64,000 nt of DNA, from contig OZ024743.1 in the NCBI GenBank assembly GCA_964016885.1, positions 104,346,001-104,410,000 of the forward strand. The letters run 5' to 3'. This document shows positions 13,000-25,600 of the stretch, in pieces (the first letter of the stretch is position 1; every line of letters begins with the position of its first letter). Both the position numbers and the translations under genes were made by a program. This DNA comes from Eledone cirrhosa (Eukaryota). Under the pieces are notes generated by a model. It did no database searches, was not told the DNA's origin, and worked only from the letters and a program-made list of their open reading frames with translations.

Positions 13000-13805
13000 A
13001 TTAAAGAAAAACATAAAGGAAAATATTAAGGACTGTACAGGACAGTACAAATATGGGTTTCAACATGTATAAAAGGAAACAATAACAAAAGATGTAACAA
13101 AAAGATAGAAACAAAAACAAATTCTCAATAGAGGGGAGACCACCAAGGGTTACTCGTGGAGAAAGTCCACAAAAGCTACGGTCATCCTGGCTGCTAGGGT
13201 AAGTGCCTTCTAGTTGTCCTCCAATACTACAGGCACACTCTCAGGGCAGGCCCATTCACATGAGCCATTCTTGCCTCGCTCACCCACATTTCAACAAAGT
13301 AGCTGGAAAGCAGCACTTCCCTCTCCACCCTGATTTTCTTTTTCAGGTGAAACCTGAAAAAGTTAATGAGAGCATTGCCAAAGAGAAATGTGCCTATCTT
13401 CAACCCTTTCAGATGCATTCACCATAAGACTTCTTTCACTATGGCCACCAGGCAGATAAATACAGCCTACCCTTCCTGGCTAAAGGAGGATGGTGGACCA
13501 AACTTCATGATGGACACAGCTGATAGCCAGATCCATTCTACACATGACAACAGGTGTTTGACATAAACCCACAAATCAGCGATGCTCAGACACTGGATGA
13601 GTGCATGCAAGACTATTTCGTCGCCCTGCACACATCTTGGACACGCCCATCTGACGACACTTCCATGGCTGTAAAGTTTATCCTGAACAGGCAATGCTCA
13701 CCGGTAGCATTGCCAGACCAGGGATTTCTCGAAATTATCCATTGGCTCTGGACTGAAAGTTGTCTGGAAAAGATATATTTGCCATAAGGGCGCCAGATCA
13801 ATGAG
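13000..13805 (-). mobile_element. L1/Tx1-clade LINE ORF2 3' remnant
   Basis: LPVQDKLYSHG...CPRCVQGDEIVLHALIQC..IADLW is a CCHC zf-RVT motif; frameshifted; aataaa at the 3' end. Confidence 0.8.
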
Positions 13806-14138
13806 ACATTATACAGACAGATTACATAGAGTGTCAGTGTTTACAAGAATCAGATGATTGGAAATAAATAAATATATCATTATCACTACCAACACCTTCA
13901 TCATCATCAACATCACAATTAACATCATCATCCCCGACAACATCATCATCATCATCTTAACATCATCATCATAGTTTTTATATCCATTTTTGTATGCTAG
14001 CATGGGTTTGATGGAAATATTTTGAGATAATTTTTTTTCAACCGGATACCCTTCCTGATGCCAACCTGTCTAATTTCCCTGTGTGATGCCAGGATACAGA
14101 GGGTGTATTCTAAAAACTGGGACACACATGGTATTATA

Positions 14139-14194
<56 letters not shown>

Positions 14195-14732
14195 TATACA
14201 TGTACTACTACTACAGTTGCAAAACTGTCAATTAGATTTTCAGAAGACTTCTAACCTATAATCCCAGATTATATTATCATCTTTATTATCACCACCACCA
14301 TCATCATCATTACCACCATCATCATCATCGTCATTACCATCATTATCACCACCACCACCACCATTACCACTGACATCATCATCTTCATTTCCCTCCCTCA
14401 CCAATCATCATCATCATCATTATCATTATTTTTATTATTATTATTATTATTATTAATATCATTGTTTCCTTTTTTATGAAAAGAGAAGTAGAGATTTTCA
14501 AGAATTTTATAGGTGAAATGACAGGAAGGGTGGGCGTGGGTGGCTTGTGGAGTGGGGCAGATAGGTTCCTTGTGTGAGTTCTTTGGATGATAGAATGATG
14601 CATTCTTTCCACCCCCACCCCACCCTCAACACGATGCTCATTAAACAACTCTTTTCCATAGTCAACACAAGCCCCCTCCACTTAACCAACTATGTCGCTC
14701 ACTATCAACACCAGGACACCACCATCATTACC

Positions 14733-14850
<118 letters not shown>

Positions 14851-15744
14851 CCATAACACCAACACTACCACTAAAACCAATCACAAGAAAATCAAAAACA
14901 ACTCCAACACCTTCAACAACAACACCTTCACCAATAACAAGCACACCTTCCCCAACAACAACACCTTCACCAATAACAAGAACACCTTCCCCAACAACAA
15001 CTCCTTCACCAAAACCAACAGAGTCATCACCAAAACCAACAGTGCCATCACCAATAACAAGAACACCTTCCCCAACAACAACAACTCCTTCACCAAAACC
15101 AACAGTGCCATCACCAATAACAGTACCACAAGCAACACCAAGAAAACCACCTCCAGTAACAACAACACCTCTACCACCACCAGAAACAACAATACTAATA
15201 ACACTAACAACACCACCACCACCACCTGCAATAACAACAATACCACTGGCAACAACAACACCCCCACCACCAACACACACAACACCACCACCACCACCTG
15301 CAATAACAACAATAGCACTGGCAACAACAACACCCCCACCACCAACACTAACGATAACAACAATAACAACAGCAACAACACTATGAACTATATAACAAAC
15401 CTCAGGGTTAGAATAGCAAATTACATGAGTCATTGAAAAATGATTTTCTTCTCTAAATGGTTATCACCACAACCGCCACCATCACTTCCAATAATAACAC
15501 CATCACCACTATCCCACCATTGACACCTCTATCACCACCAACACAGCCACCTACACCAACAACATCACCACCAGCAGAGGCAACACCACCACCACCCCTA
15601 GATATAGCACTTTTCACCTTATTCTACATTCTGAAAACAATTCCACCTTGGATTGGTAAGGACAAAACCAAATTCAACTGTCTAAGTTTATCTATCTGTT
15701 TGCCTATCTATCTAACCCTCCTTCAAAAACGAAGGAGAGGCGGT

Positions 15745-16212
15745 TTTCCTTTGTGTGATAGCTATGGCGAAAGAGGTTGTATGGTGGACAAGGTTGAAAG
15801 GGCTGAGGTCAGACACCTTTCTCTCTGGCCAACAACTGATTCTTTTTTTCAAATACCACTTTGGAAGAAGAATCAGGATGGAGAGAGAGGTGCTGTACCC
15901 CAGCAAGTTTTATGAAAGGTGAGTGAAAGTGGCGAGAATGGCCCGAGTGAATGGGCCTTCTCTCTATATCAGCCTGTAGGTTGAGGAAAAGGAGGAGGAG
16001 AGGAGTACAAACTCTTCGTACTCCTGGAGATGAGGGTTTCACATTTTTTCGGGGGTATGTGTTACCCATATGAACTGTCTCCCCCTATTGGGGAAAATCG
16101 ACTAACTTTTTTAATTGCATTTGTGATAACATTTTACACGTTTTTATTGTATGTAAACTTCCCCCTTTGTATTTGTCCCCTTCTTTTGTGCCCCTGTGGC
16201 TAATAAAGAAAC
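15745..16212 (+). mobile_element. Second Tx1-like 3' fragment
   Basis: LCVIAMAKEVVWWTRLKGLRSDTFLSGQQLI aligns with the C-terminus of the 13.2-13.5 kb copy; ends aataaagaaa. Confidence 0.7.
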
Positions 16213-16391
16213 ATATCTATCTCTCTGTCTATCTATGAAAAGATTCAGGATCCCTACGGCTGAGCTCCGGGTCGTTTCTATATATATATCTACCTGTCTG
16301 TCTGTTTATCTACTTGTCTGTTTATCTATTTATCCATGCATCCATTCATCAAATCACCTAACCCTTCCACTTAACAATCTATATATATACA

Positions 16392-16450
<59 letters not shown>

Positions 16451-17791
16451 GCTAAATGATTCAGCGTTGCCTAGGTTACTGCTGTTATTATCCAGATTAG
16501 TAAACAATAAATATGAAAATATATATTTTTTTCTCCTAATTATTTCAAAATATCTATATTTTATAAAAAAAATATCAAAATTTAGAAATGAAAATCAGTC
16601 AAACTTGAAGCACCTCAGGGTAATATTAATTGGGTAATTTTTTTGTTGGTGTCCAAATGAATAAATTGTTTCTGCTTCCAACTCATGAGCAACCAATATA
16701 GAGTTGACCATGGGAGAAACGTGTAGTAGAGAGATCAAGTCCACTACCTTGAGGGATTGACCCTGAGATTTGTTAATTAAAATAACAAAACTCAGTTTGA
16801 TTGGATACTGAAGCCTCTTAAATTCAAATGGAACAGCTGTAGGTATGAGAGGAATTTTTAGAATAAAGACATTTTTTTTCAATATTGTAAACAAATAAGT
16901 ATCAACATCCAAAAGAAATATATATTAATCCCTATTTTTGTATGAGGTGTAAATTAATCAAATATAAGCAAATGTATTAACTGCTAATTTAACAGTATGA
17001 GAATATAAATATAAACGAACAGACACACATACAACCACACAAACATACACTTACAAAAAACACAAACAGAGATACACTTCATACAAACACACAGATTTTC
17101 ACCCCAGTCGTCACAAAAATGTATGTTTATTCATACACACATACATACTCACATACACTCACACACATATACTATGACAGACACACATTCATACAAACAC
17201 ACACAGAGTTTCACCCCCAGCATTCCGTTATGTCACAGAAATGTATGTATACTCACACACATATACACTCTCATATACACTCACACACATATACTTGTCA
17301 GTCGTCACATATGTATATGCATGTGTAGATGTGTGTGTGTTTAATACTCTGTGTATCTCATTCAGTATTTACGTGAAGATGTGTGTGTATGTAACTTACT
17401 AAGGCGTAACATATGTAACGAACACGTAAACACACACTCAAAGACACATACACACTCATATACAAAATGTGATGTCATCGTCATCATTGTGTTATAAAAT
17501 ATCCGTTTACATAGTTGTCTGTAGTAGATTATTTTAGATAAAGTGTTATATTGTTTTAATCCAAATGAAAATAAAAATGACATGTTGTTAATCTTAGTGT
17601 CTAATACTATTACCTCGTAAAATTTGATCTGGTCGAGCCGTTTGAGAATGCATAAGGAAAAGACAGAGAGACAAATAATTTTATATATATGTAGATATAA
17701 AAGTATTTTGAAGGAGATAACTTGTAATTTCATGTATTTCTAATATACATTTGAATAAAACATCAGTACCCTTACTTTTGGGACAAGCCTG

Positions 17792-17854
<63 letters not shown>

Positions 17855-17857
<3 letters not shown>

Positions 17858-18228
17858 TCATCATCATCAGCGTTTAACAGCTATCTTCCATGCTAGCATG
17901 GGTTAGATGGGAATAGTCCCACTTGAGGCAAGATTGATTGGCTGACCGTGTCTCGCTTGTATAGAACTGTATCTGGCAGGTTTTCTACGGCTGGATGCCC
18001 TTCCTAACACCAACCACATTTATAGTGTGGACCGGGAGCCTTTTTACAGTGATTCCTACATGGCCACATTACAGCGTGGACTGTGTATTTTTTTTTTGTT
18101 GTGACACCAACACAACCTCTTTAGTTTGGACTGGATGTTGTGGTACCAACATAACTTTACAGAAAAGGGTGGTGTTAGTGTGAGTGGGGAGATGGAGTAG
18201 GGGTAGTGGGTTGGGGTATATATTTGGT
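17855..18228 (-). mobile_element. RTE 3'UTR fragment (5'-truncated copy) between (TA)n tracts
   Basis: Strong similarity to 59380-59830; (TCA)n tail abuts (TA)n. Confidence 0.85.
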
Positions 18229-18406
18229 ATATATATATATATATAAGAGAGTATTGAAGTTTGCTTGAAGCATTGTGGAATAATAAAAAATTTGGTCGTT
18301 TTGGAAGCAGATGCAGATGGGTAAATCTCCGAGTAACAGAATCCGGTGGTGAAGAGAGAGATGTAATGTAAGAGGGAATGTAGAATGAGATGTATAGTGT
18401 GTAGAG

Positions 18407-18891
18407 CATTTTTTCCCAAAGTGGGCGGTACCCCCCCCCCTGGGAACGGTGCTTTGATATGGGGGGGGGGCGACAGTGTAGTATTCAAAAAAAGAAAAAA
18501 AACAAGCTATTTATTGTTTAAATTTTAAACAATAAATAGCTTGTTTTTTTCTTTTTTTTACAAATATATTGCATATGTATATTAAACATTTATATAGACA
18601 TCTATAATAAAGACATATAGACATCTATTATAAAGACATCTATGAGATTGTGTAGATTCTACACAATCTCATAGATGTCTTTATTCTTATTGGCAAAATC
18701 ACATTCTTTTTACATCTGTTACTAATGATAAACTAACATATCACCATCATTGTTTAATGTCCACTTTCTCTGCTAGTAAGGTTTGGATGTGTCATCACAG
18801 ACTGATGGTGGGGGGCGCTGAGGGTGGGGAGCGCTGATGGTATTACGTGGCCGTGAGGGGGGCGGTGGCCCCAAAAGTTTGAGAACCTCTG
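18407..18891. mobile_element. hAT (Buster/Charlie-type) MITE
   Basis: Perfect 8-bp TSD gtgtagag (18399-18406 and 18892-18899); termini ca.....cccaaa / tttgagaacctctg. Confidence 0.85.
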
Positions 18892-18932
18892 GTGTAGAGG
18901 AATGTAGGAAAGAGCGTAAAAATAAAAATAAT

Positions 18933-19111
18933 TGTTTCTACTTTTGGCACAAGGCCAGCAATTACCCAGTGCATTACTGGTACTTTATTTTACCGACCCC
19001 GTAAGGCAAAATTAACCTCGGCAGGATTTGAACTCAGAATGGCAAGGGCCATAACTCCATGCGTCAAAGCATGGCGCCCGACCCTCTACTGATACTGCCA
19101 ATCCACCGCCC
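18933..19111 (-). mobile_element. Meta-type SINE with TSD aaataaaaataat
   Basis: Family core plus flanking direct repeat. Confidence 0.85.
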
Positions 19112-19771
19112 TAAATAAAAATAATAACATGAGATAGAGTTACCTTGGGAGAGATGTAATTGTCCCTATATTTCGGATTTCGCATCCATCAACTGGGGGG
19201 TTTTCTGAGGGGGGAAAGTTATCTGTCGGAGAGGAACAGTATATGGCCTCTGTTATCCGCCGTTTGTGTGTAACTGAGATATTCTGTAGAGCGCGGAATA
19301 GATGTGGTCAAGCAAAGGTCGAGGCAGTTCCTCTTTATTGTGGGAGTGGAATGGTGCTAGCTGTCAATCCATTATACTACCTATATTCAGTTTTTGTTAC
19401 TGGCAGTGTTGGTAGTCTGCATGGTCGCTTGTTGGTCGGTGGATGGTGGGGGCGCTATACACACAATAACAATCGTTCAAATGCCACTGTGTGTGTGTGT
19501 GTGCGTGTGCTGTTTCTCGTTTGTTTACACCAGCCACCTCATCTCGCTTCTCTCATATCGGTTATTTCTTTGTGGTCCTAGGCGTTTGATCCAAAGTGCT
19601 TCCTTGACAGCTAGCACCATCCCACTCCCACAATAAAGAGGAACTGCCTCGACCTTTGCTTGACTGCACCTATTCTGTGCGCACGCACGCTCTACAGAAT
19701 ATCTCAGTTACACCGGATTCTGTTACCTGGAGATTTACCCATCTGCATTGTTGAGGTTTCCAAAACGACCA

Positions 19772-19841
<70 letters not shown>

Positions 19842-19849
19842 TATATAAA

Positions 19850-19914
19850 ATTAGAATTTGATTTTTCACTCTAACATAGCGGATTACATAAATATATTTA
19901 TGGGTTTTATATCA

Positions 19915-19950
<36 letters not shown>

Positions 19951-21180
19951 TGTTTCTACTTTTGGCACAAGGCCAGCAATTATCCCAGTGCATTACTGGT
20001 AAATAATAATAATAATAATAATACTCGATTTGTTTGCAAGCAAACAGCCTTATTACGCTATGTTTTGATTTTGATGACCATTGTCGTCCGTTTACTCAAC
20101 AGTAGCATCAAAGAACAGTCAACATCTTTCTGGGTTATTTCCCTTCATCAGGACTGTATACTTCTCTACTACTTGCTTGAACTGTTGAAAATATACAGTA
20201 TTTTCTAAAGTATACATCGGCTGATTAGCCTCATTTGCGTACTGAGCAATTTTATGGCTGGCCTTGCCATAACTTAAAAACATAATTAGAATTTGATTTT
20301 TCGCTCTAGCAGTAGATTACATAAATGTAATTATGGGTTTTATATCAAATAACAATATTATTCGATGTTACTGTTGTACAAATGGATGATGAAGGTCATC
20401 AAAAACAAAACATAGTGTAATGTGGCTTAAAACGAATCGAATATTATTAGTTACAAAGGTTTACAGTAAGACAAAGGACTTTAGCTTTAACACTGCTTGG
20501 ATGCCCGTTGCATCAAGCTGTATGCCAATATCTTTAGGATACAAAATATTTTCTAGTCAAGTTATACAGTATGGTAGCCAGATGAATGTTTTTACAGAGA
20601 CAGAGGTAGTGAGTTAACTTTTAAAATATATGGAAGGACAGGGATATGATGATTTTATAAGTACCTTGATGCTAATAAGGAGATTCTGTGAAAATTTAGA
20701 GTTATTTCAAGTTTGCAGATGGTAGGCTTGGGACTTTGAAATTAACTTATTTACACTAAAGTAGTGGAAGTTGAGTGTATTTAAGAAAGATTTAAAAAAA
20801 AGTTTTGGGTTAGTTTCAGTTTGCTTTGGAAAGAGTATGGCATAGAATTTAATTTAATTTAATCATAATTTTTATTTATTTCCTTTCAGATCTAAGTAAA
20901 TTTGGTATATTTGCTATGAAGCAGTAATTATTTTGTAAAAAAGTAGGGGTATGTAATTTTACATTGAAACTGTAGAAATTTAACCTGTTCACACTAACTG
21001 TATGATATGACCTACTTTGGGAACATTTAGCTTTGTTTAGAGGTAATAAAATTTAAAAACCCTTTAGTTAGCTAGTGGTGCCCTGTGCTTACTTCCTCAT
21101 TTTCTCTGCATTTGTCTTAAAGAATGGTTGATTTTTGGGACAATCCAGATAGGTAATTTGTGATTTTAATAATCTATTTT
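19850..21180 (-). mobile_element. Degenerate Penelope-like element (pseudo-LTR repeats and decayed C-terminal coding traces)
   Basis: Direct repeat 19850-19918/20285-20355; inverted segment 20040-20080/20395-20450; hammerhead-like motif at 20116-20156; only weak protein traces. Confidence 0.45.
20116..20156 (-). ncRNA. Minimal type I hammerhead ribozyme-like motif (degenerate stem III)
   Basis: cagtc-CTGATGA-aggg aaataa ccca-GAAA-gatgtt-gactg; perfect 5-bp stem I. Confidence 0.55.
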
Positions 21181-21292
21181 GTAAATCTCTGATTAGGTGG
21201 TTGAATTTTTTAATACATGTAGGTTATATATTATTTAATCTTAATTATGTTTTACATTCATGTGTATATATTATATTTGTTTTGTTAATAAT

Positions 21293-21480
21293 TGTTTCTA
21301 CTTTTGGCACAAGGCCAGCAATTAACCCAGTGTATTACTGGCACTTTATTTTATCGACCACGTAAGGATGAAAGGCAAAGTTAACCTCGGCAGGATTTGA
21401 ACTCAGATCATAAAGGGCCGTAACTCTTTGCTGCAAAGCATGGCGTCCGACCCTCTACCAATACTGCCAATCCACTACCC
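21293..21480 (-). mobile_element. Meta-type SINE with 17-bp TSD tttgttttgttaataat
   Basis: Family core plus flanking direct repeat. Confidence 0.9.
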
Positions 21481-22013
21481 TTTGTTTTGTTAATAATGAC
21501 ACTAAGGTTTATATATTTTGTATTGCCTTTTATCATATTTTCTGATAACATATTTATATTTTTCATCATGGATTCATTTCACTTCTTTCTTAAATAGATT
21601 AGGTATTTTCTGGGTATTTTCTTGATTATTATTATTTTGTTGTAAGAACTAGACTTCTTGTGTTCTTCATCTTGTATTTATTTCTTTAATATCTTGGTAT
21701 TTTCTTAATCATTAATTTGATTTTTATGTTAATTTGTGACAACTAGGCTTCCTGATGCGTGGCATCATGTCATCTTAGTGGGTAGTTTAAGGTCAAGGTT
21801 ATACAGGTGAGGGTAGAGCAATGCCTATTACATAATAGGATATTAGTAGCTTTGGCCTTTTTATATAGAAACTACATAATGACAGCTGCAGCTTGATAAC
21901 ATCTGTCTTCCCCATTAGATGGCTTTTAAGGTCTGGTTGCATAAGCCAAGCCTGTGGGATACAGGCGACATTTAGTTTAGGGTGTGTGCAGAGGATGAGT
22001 AGACTAATAGGAG

Positions 22014-22099
<86 letters not shown>

Positions 22100-22394
22100 A
22101 AAGTGAAATTGGAAATAGCATGGAAAATATATTTAAGGTTCTGTTTTTCTTTTTTTTTCTTTCTTTGATTCGTCAAAGTGACATTATTGAAAAAATGAGA
22201 GGGACAATTCTTTTAAAAAAGAGATTTATAATGTATATAAAATATATAAAGTATAACTGGTTTCGATGTATTAGTAAAATCCATGTTATCATATGTTGAC
22301 TATTACAATTAAAAAGAATTAAAAGGAATTAAAAATTTAAGATTTAAGATTAAGTGTTGAAGCAAGTTTTTCATCTTTCTTGTTGAGAAGAAGA

Positions 22395-22426
<32 letters not shown>

Positions 22427-22431
<5 letters not shown>

Positions 22432-22782
22432 TACCCCCAACATCTGCAGTCCCGGTTATTCATGGAATTTTCCTTAGAATCCAACCAATAACTGTCCGTG
22501 GAAACCACTGCATATTCATGGAATCGTAAATGTCTTCTCCAATTTTTTTAATGACTTTTTCGTGGTAAAATATATTTTTTAACACTAAATTATTAATAAC
22601 AATATACCGAATTTGCCGACCTACTGGATGGCCCTTCGCATAAGATGGTCCTTTTTTTTAAAATTATATTTTACGTTATATTTTGACATTTATAGGCATT
22701 TTTATGGACCCCGTCCAATATTTGCAGTTTTTCACTCCTCGCAGGTGCTCTAGGAACATAGCCCCCACAAATACTGAGGGAC

Positions 22783-22787
<5 letters not shown>
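22427..22787. mobile_element. Tigger/pogo-like MITE
   Basis: Termini tagtgtaccccc ... gagggactactg, embedded in TA/TG microsatellites. Confidence 0.55.
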
Positions 22788-22821
<34 letters not shown>

Positions 22822-23279
22822 ACACTTTGTTTTTGTATTTGTTTTACAAGATTCTTGGTGAGATTTAAGTGAGATACATGGTTTTACTATTACCTTATGT
22901 TTAAGTTTCATTTTATCTAAAGCTCTTCTAAATCTATATAATATACTTTGATCCTGTCTCTTTGGTTGTATTTGGAGAAGTGCATGCAGTGGATGAAGTG
23001 TTTTTTGTGTCTTTCTAATTCTTTAGGATCATCTCTGTGGGGGACATTCTTCATCACCCTTACAACGTCTGCTATTAAGAGGGTTTTCACATTGTCTGAA
23101 ATTGCAGTTCTGATGGGATCAGATATTTAGGGGCCATTAGTTTAGCATAATGAGAATAAAAGATTTGTACTTTACTGTTTTTTTCAAGTTTGGTATTTAT
23201 TTTATCAACTTCTATTTTTGTCAAACTGCTAAGTTACAAGACATAAACACACACACACATATACACATATGTATGTATG

Positions 23280-25358
23280 TGTAGCGGTTGTCTCCCTTGT
23301 TTTGATTAGGATCTAGACGGGAAGTGGAACCCTTTCTGCAACTTCCGGTCAGAGCCCTATAAAACTAACAACTTTAAGCTTCCTTTCTCTCTTTGCCTTT
23401 TCGGCACCAGGTCGAAGAGCCTCTCATTTGGCTCTGCCATTAATTTGGCCAACAGGCGCCTGGCCATAGCCAGGCGCCCTCTGCCAGCCGCGTTTGCCTG
23501 GCAATCAAAACGGTAACTACTAACTTTGTTTCATTCTAACATCTATCTTTGGCATGTCAAGTATTCTATCTACCGTTAATTAAATATTATATACACAAAC
23601 AATGTCTCGTTTTGTTACATTCATACACCCCAGTATCTTCGCTATATTGGTAACCCTGACGTGATACGAACACGCAGCCGTTCATCGCTATAGTGGTCAC
23701 CCCCCAAAAAAAGAAAAAAATAGCACATCTGGTTTTGTGAGTAACATTACGAATACACAGCAAATTTAGCGACAAACTATGAAAATACTCAAGGACACGC
23801 ACACACGCACATGTGGAATTCGCACAGACATACTTTTTCTCTCACGCATCAATTAACTGTCGCATTTCACCAATATATATATATATGTTTCTCGTTTCTT
23901 ACAACGAACACTTTCAAAACAAAAAAAACATTTCACGATATATATATATGTTTCTCGTTTCTTACAACGAACTCTTTCAAAACACAAAAAAAAAAAAAAA
24001 GAAATTTGATATTCTTTAAAAAACATTTCAACAGGAACATTTATTTTCGATGAACCATTGCCTTTTGTTCTTCGTTTTCTTCATCGTTCAAGTTTTTTGT
24101 TTTTTTCCAAAGTTCACACCTATAATTATGCTGATTGAAGCCTTTCTTTTTCATCATTGTCACTTTCAAAATTGCACTATCATTTTCTCGCGCGTTAGAA
24201 ATATTTTTTTTTCAACCTTGTATTGGCACGTGTAGGCAGCATAAATTCTCGATTCACTGAGATGTCTCTACTCACAGACAGCCGCACGCCATTTATCACC
24301 AGGGATTCTTCAGCCTTAAGCTATATTCTTCTATTTGCCGGTTTATAAATTTACAATGTAAATTTGCCGTTGATAACCGCGCATTTATTAAGAATGCTTA
24401 TTTCTCTGGTCGCTGGCCTCTTGACCCTTCCAGGTCAACGCATTCTCAACATCGACCATCAACTTCGGCTGCTATTTCTAGCACTTTGCGCAACTCATTT
24501 TTTTCTAAAAAAAAATTTTTTTACTGTGAATTTAAACACCGAATACGCTCACTCAGCGAGACAACAGCAGCAGCAACAGCAATACATCAATACAGCTTCA
24601 CCAAAGCCAGAGAATTCATTTTTGCAGCACTCTTCCTGTGAGAAAATCCATTCGGAGGTTGGAAATTTCACGATATACCACAGAACAGAAACCACCTGCA
24701 TTCATTCTCTGGAACACATTCTTTCCTGCTGTCATGTGATTGCACACCTGTGAACTATATTTTGAACTTTGAGCTCTTCTATTACTTTTACTTTATTACA
24801 TTGTATCTTTGGGTGATGGATAGATGGATGTCCAGTCGTTCTCTGGCCAAGAGCGGTTGGCTACCTTGATATCTATCATTGATTTTTCCAAACATTCTTT
24901 TGTCGTAATTTTCATGCCTGTTACAACATTCTCGCCAACTTGCTACATATTTTCATTTCGATTTTTATACACTAAAATTCTGGCTGGAGGTTATGTAGCG
25001 GTTGTCTCCCTTGTTTTGATTAGGATCTAGACGGGAAGTGGAACCCTTTCTGCAACTTCCGGTCAGAGCCCTATAAAACTAACAACTTTAAGCTTCCTTT
25101 CTCTCTTTGCCTTTTCGGCACCAGGTCGAAGAGCCTCTCATTTGGCTCTGCCATTAATTTGGCCAACAGGCGCCTGGCCTTAGCCAGGCGCCCTCTGCCA
25201 GCCGCGTTTGCCTGGCAATCAAAACGGTAACTACTAACTTTGTTTCATTCTAACATCTATCTTTGGCATGTCAAGTATTCTATCTACCGTTAATTAAATA
25301 TTATATACACAAACAATGTCTCGTTTTGTTACATTCATACACCAGTAATCTCGCTATA
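23280..25358 (+). mobile_element. Short non-autonomous LTR retrotransposon (Gypsy-like, TRIM/LARD-type)
   Basis: LTRs 23280-23646 and 24994-25358 are nearly identical; termini TGTAGCG...CGCTATA; 4-bp TSD tatg; PBS at 23648; purine-rich ggctggagg before the 3' LTR; no long internal ORF. Confidence 0.92.
23648..23665 (+). promoter_or_regulatory. Primer-binding site complementary to tRNA-Trp
   Basis: tggtaaccctgacgtgat versus canonical TGGTGACCCCGACGTGAT (2 transitions), 1 nt after the 5' LTR. Confidence 0.8.
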
Positions 25359-25374
25359 TATGTATGTATGCAAA

Positions 25375-25600
25375 TGCATTCAATGTTTAGAGAGTAGGAT
25401 TGGCCCCATACAAAGCCTTACTTCACTTAAAAAAGCTTTAAGCACAGGCATTGCTTGGTATGTGACATTTTTTTGCAATGCATGGCATTGCTGGCCATAG
25501 GCAGGTCCCTAGCAGGACTAGGAAGCCACGTCCGTGATGCTCAAGCTTAAGTAGCAAGCGATGGCATTACTTGAAATTGAGTTGCAGCTATCATCATCAT
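25375..25600 (+). mobile_element. Dispersed retro-tail family (copies at 27150-27410 + and 62712-63000 -)
   Basis: gcaggtccctagcaggactaggaagccacgtc...cttaagta matches the reverse complement of 62750-62830. Confidence 0.6.

Larger units (their letters stand above)
18284..19779. mobile_element. Long-TIR MITE whose left TIR is split by nested insertions
   Basis: 19604-19779 is the reverse complement of 18284-18346 joined to 19266-19367. Confidence 0.7.

Noticed and set aside
23280-25358. Retrozyme (LTR element with a hammerhead ribozyme)
   Set aside because: The size is similar, but I found no CUGANGA...GAAA core on either strand of the LTR
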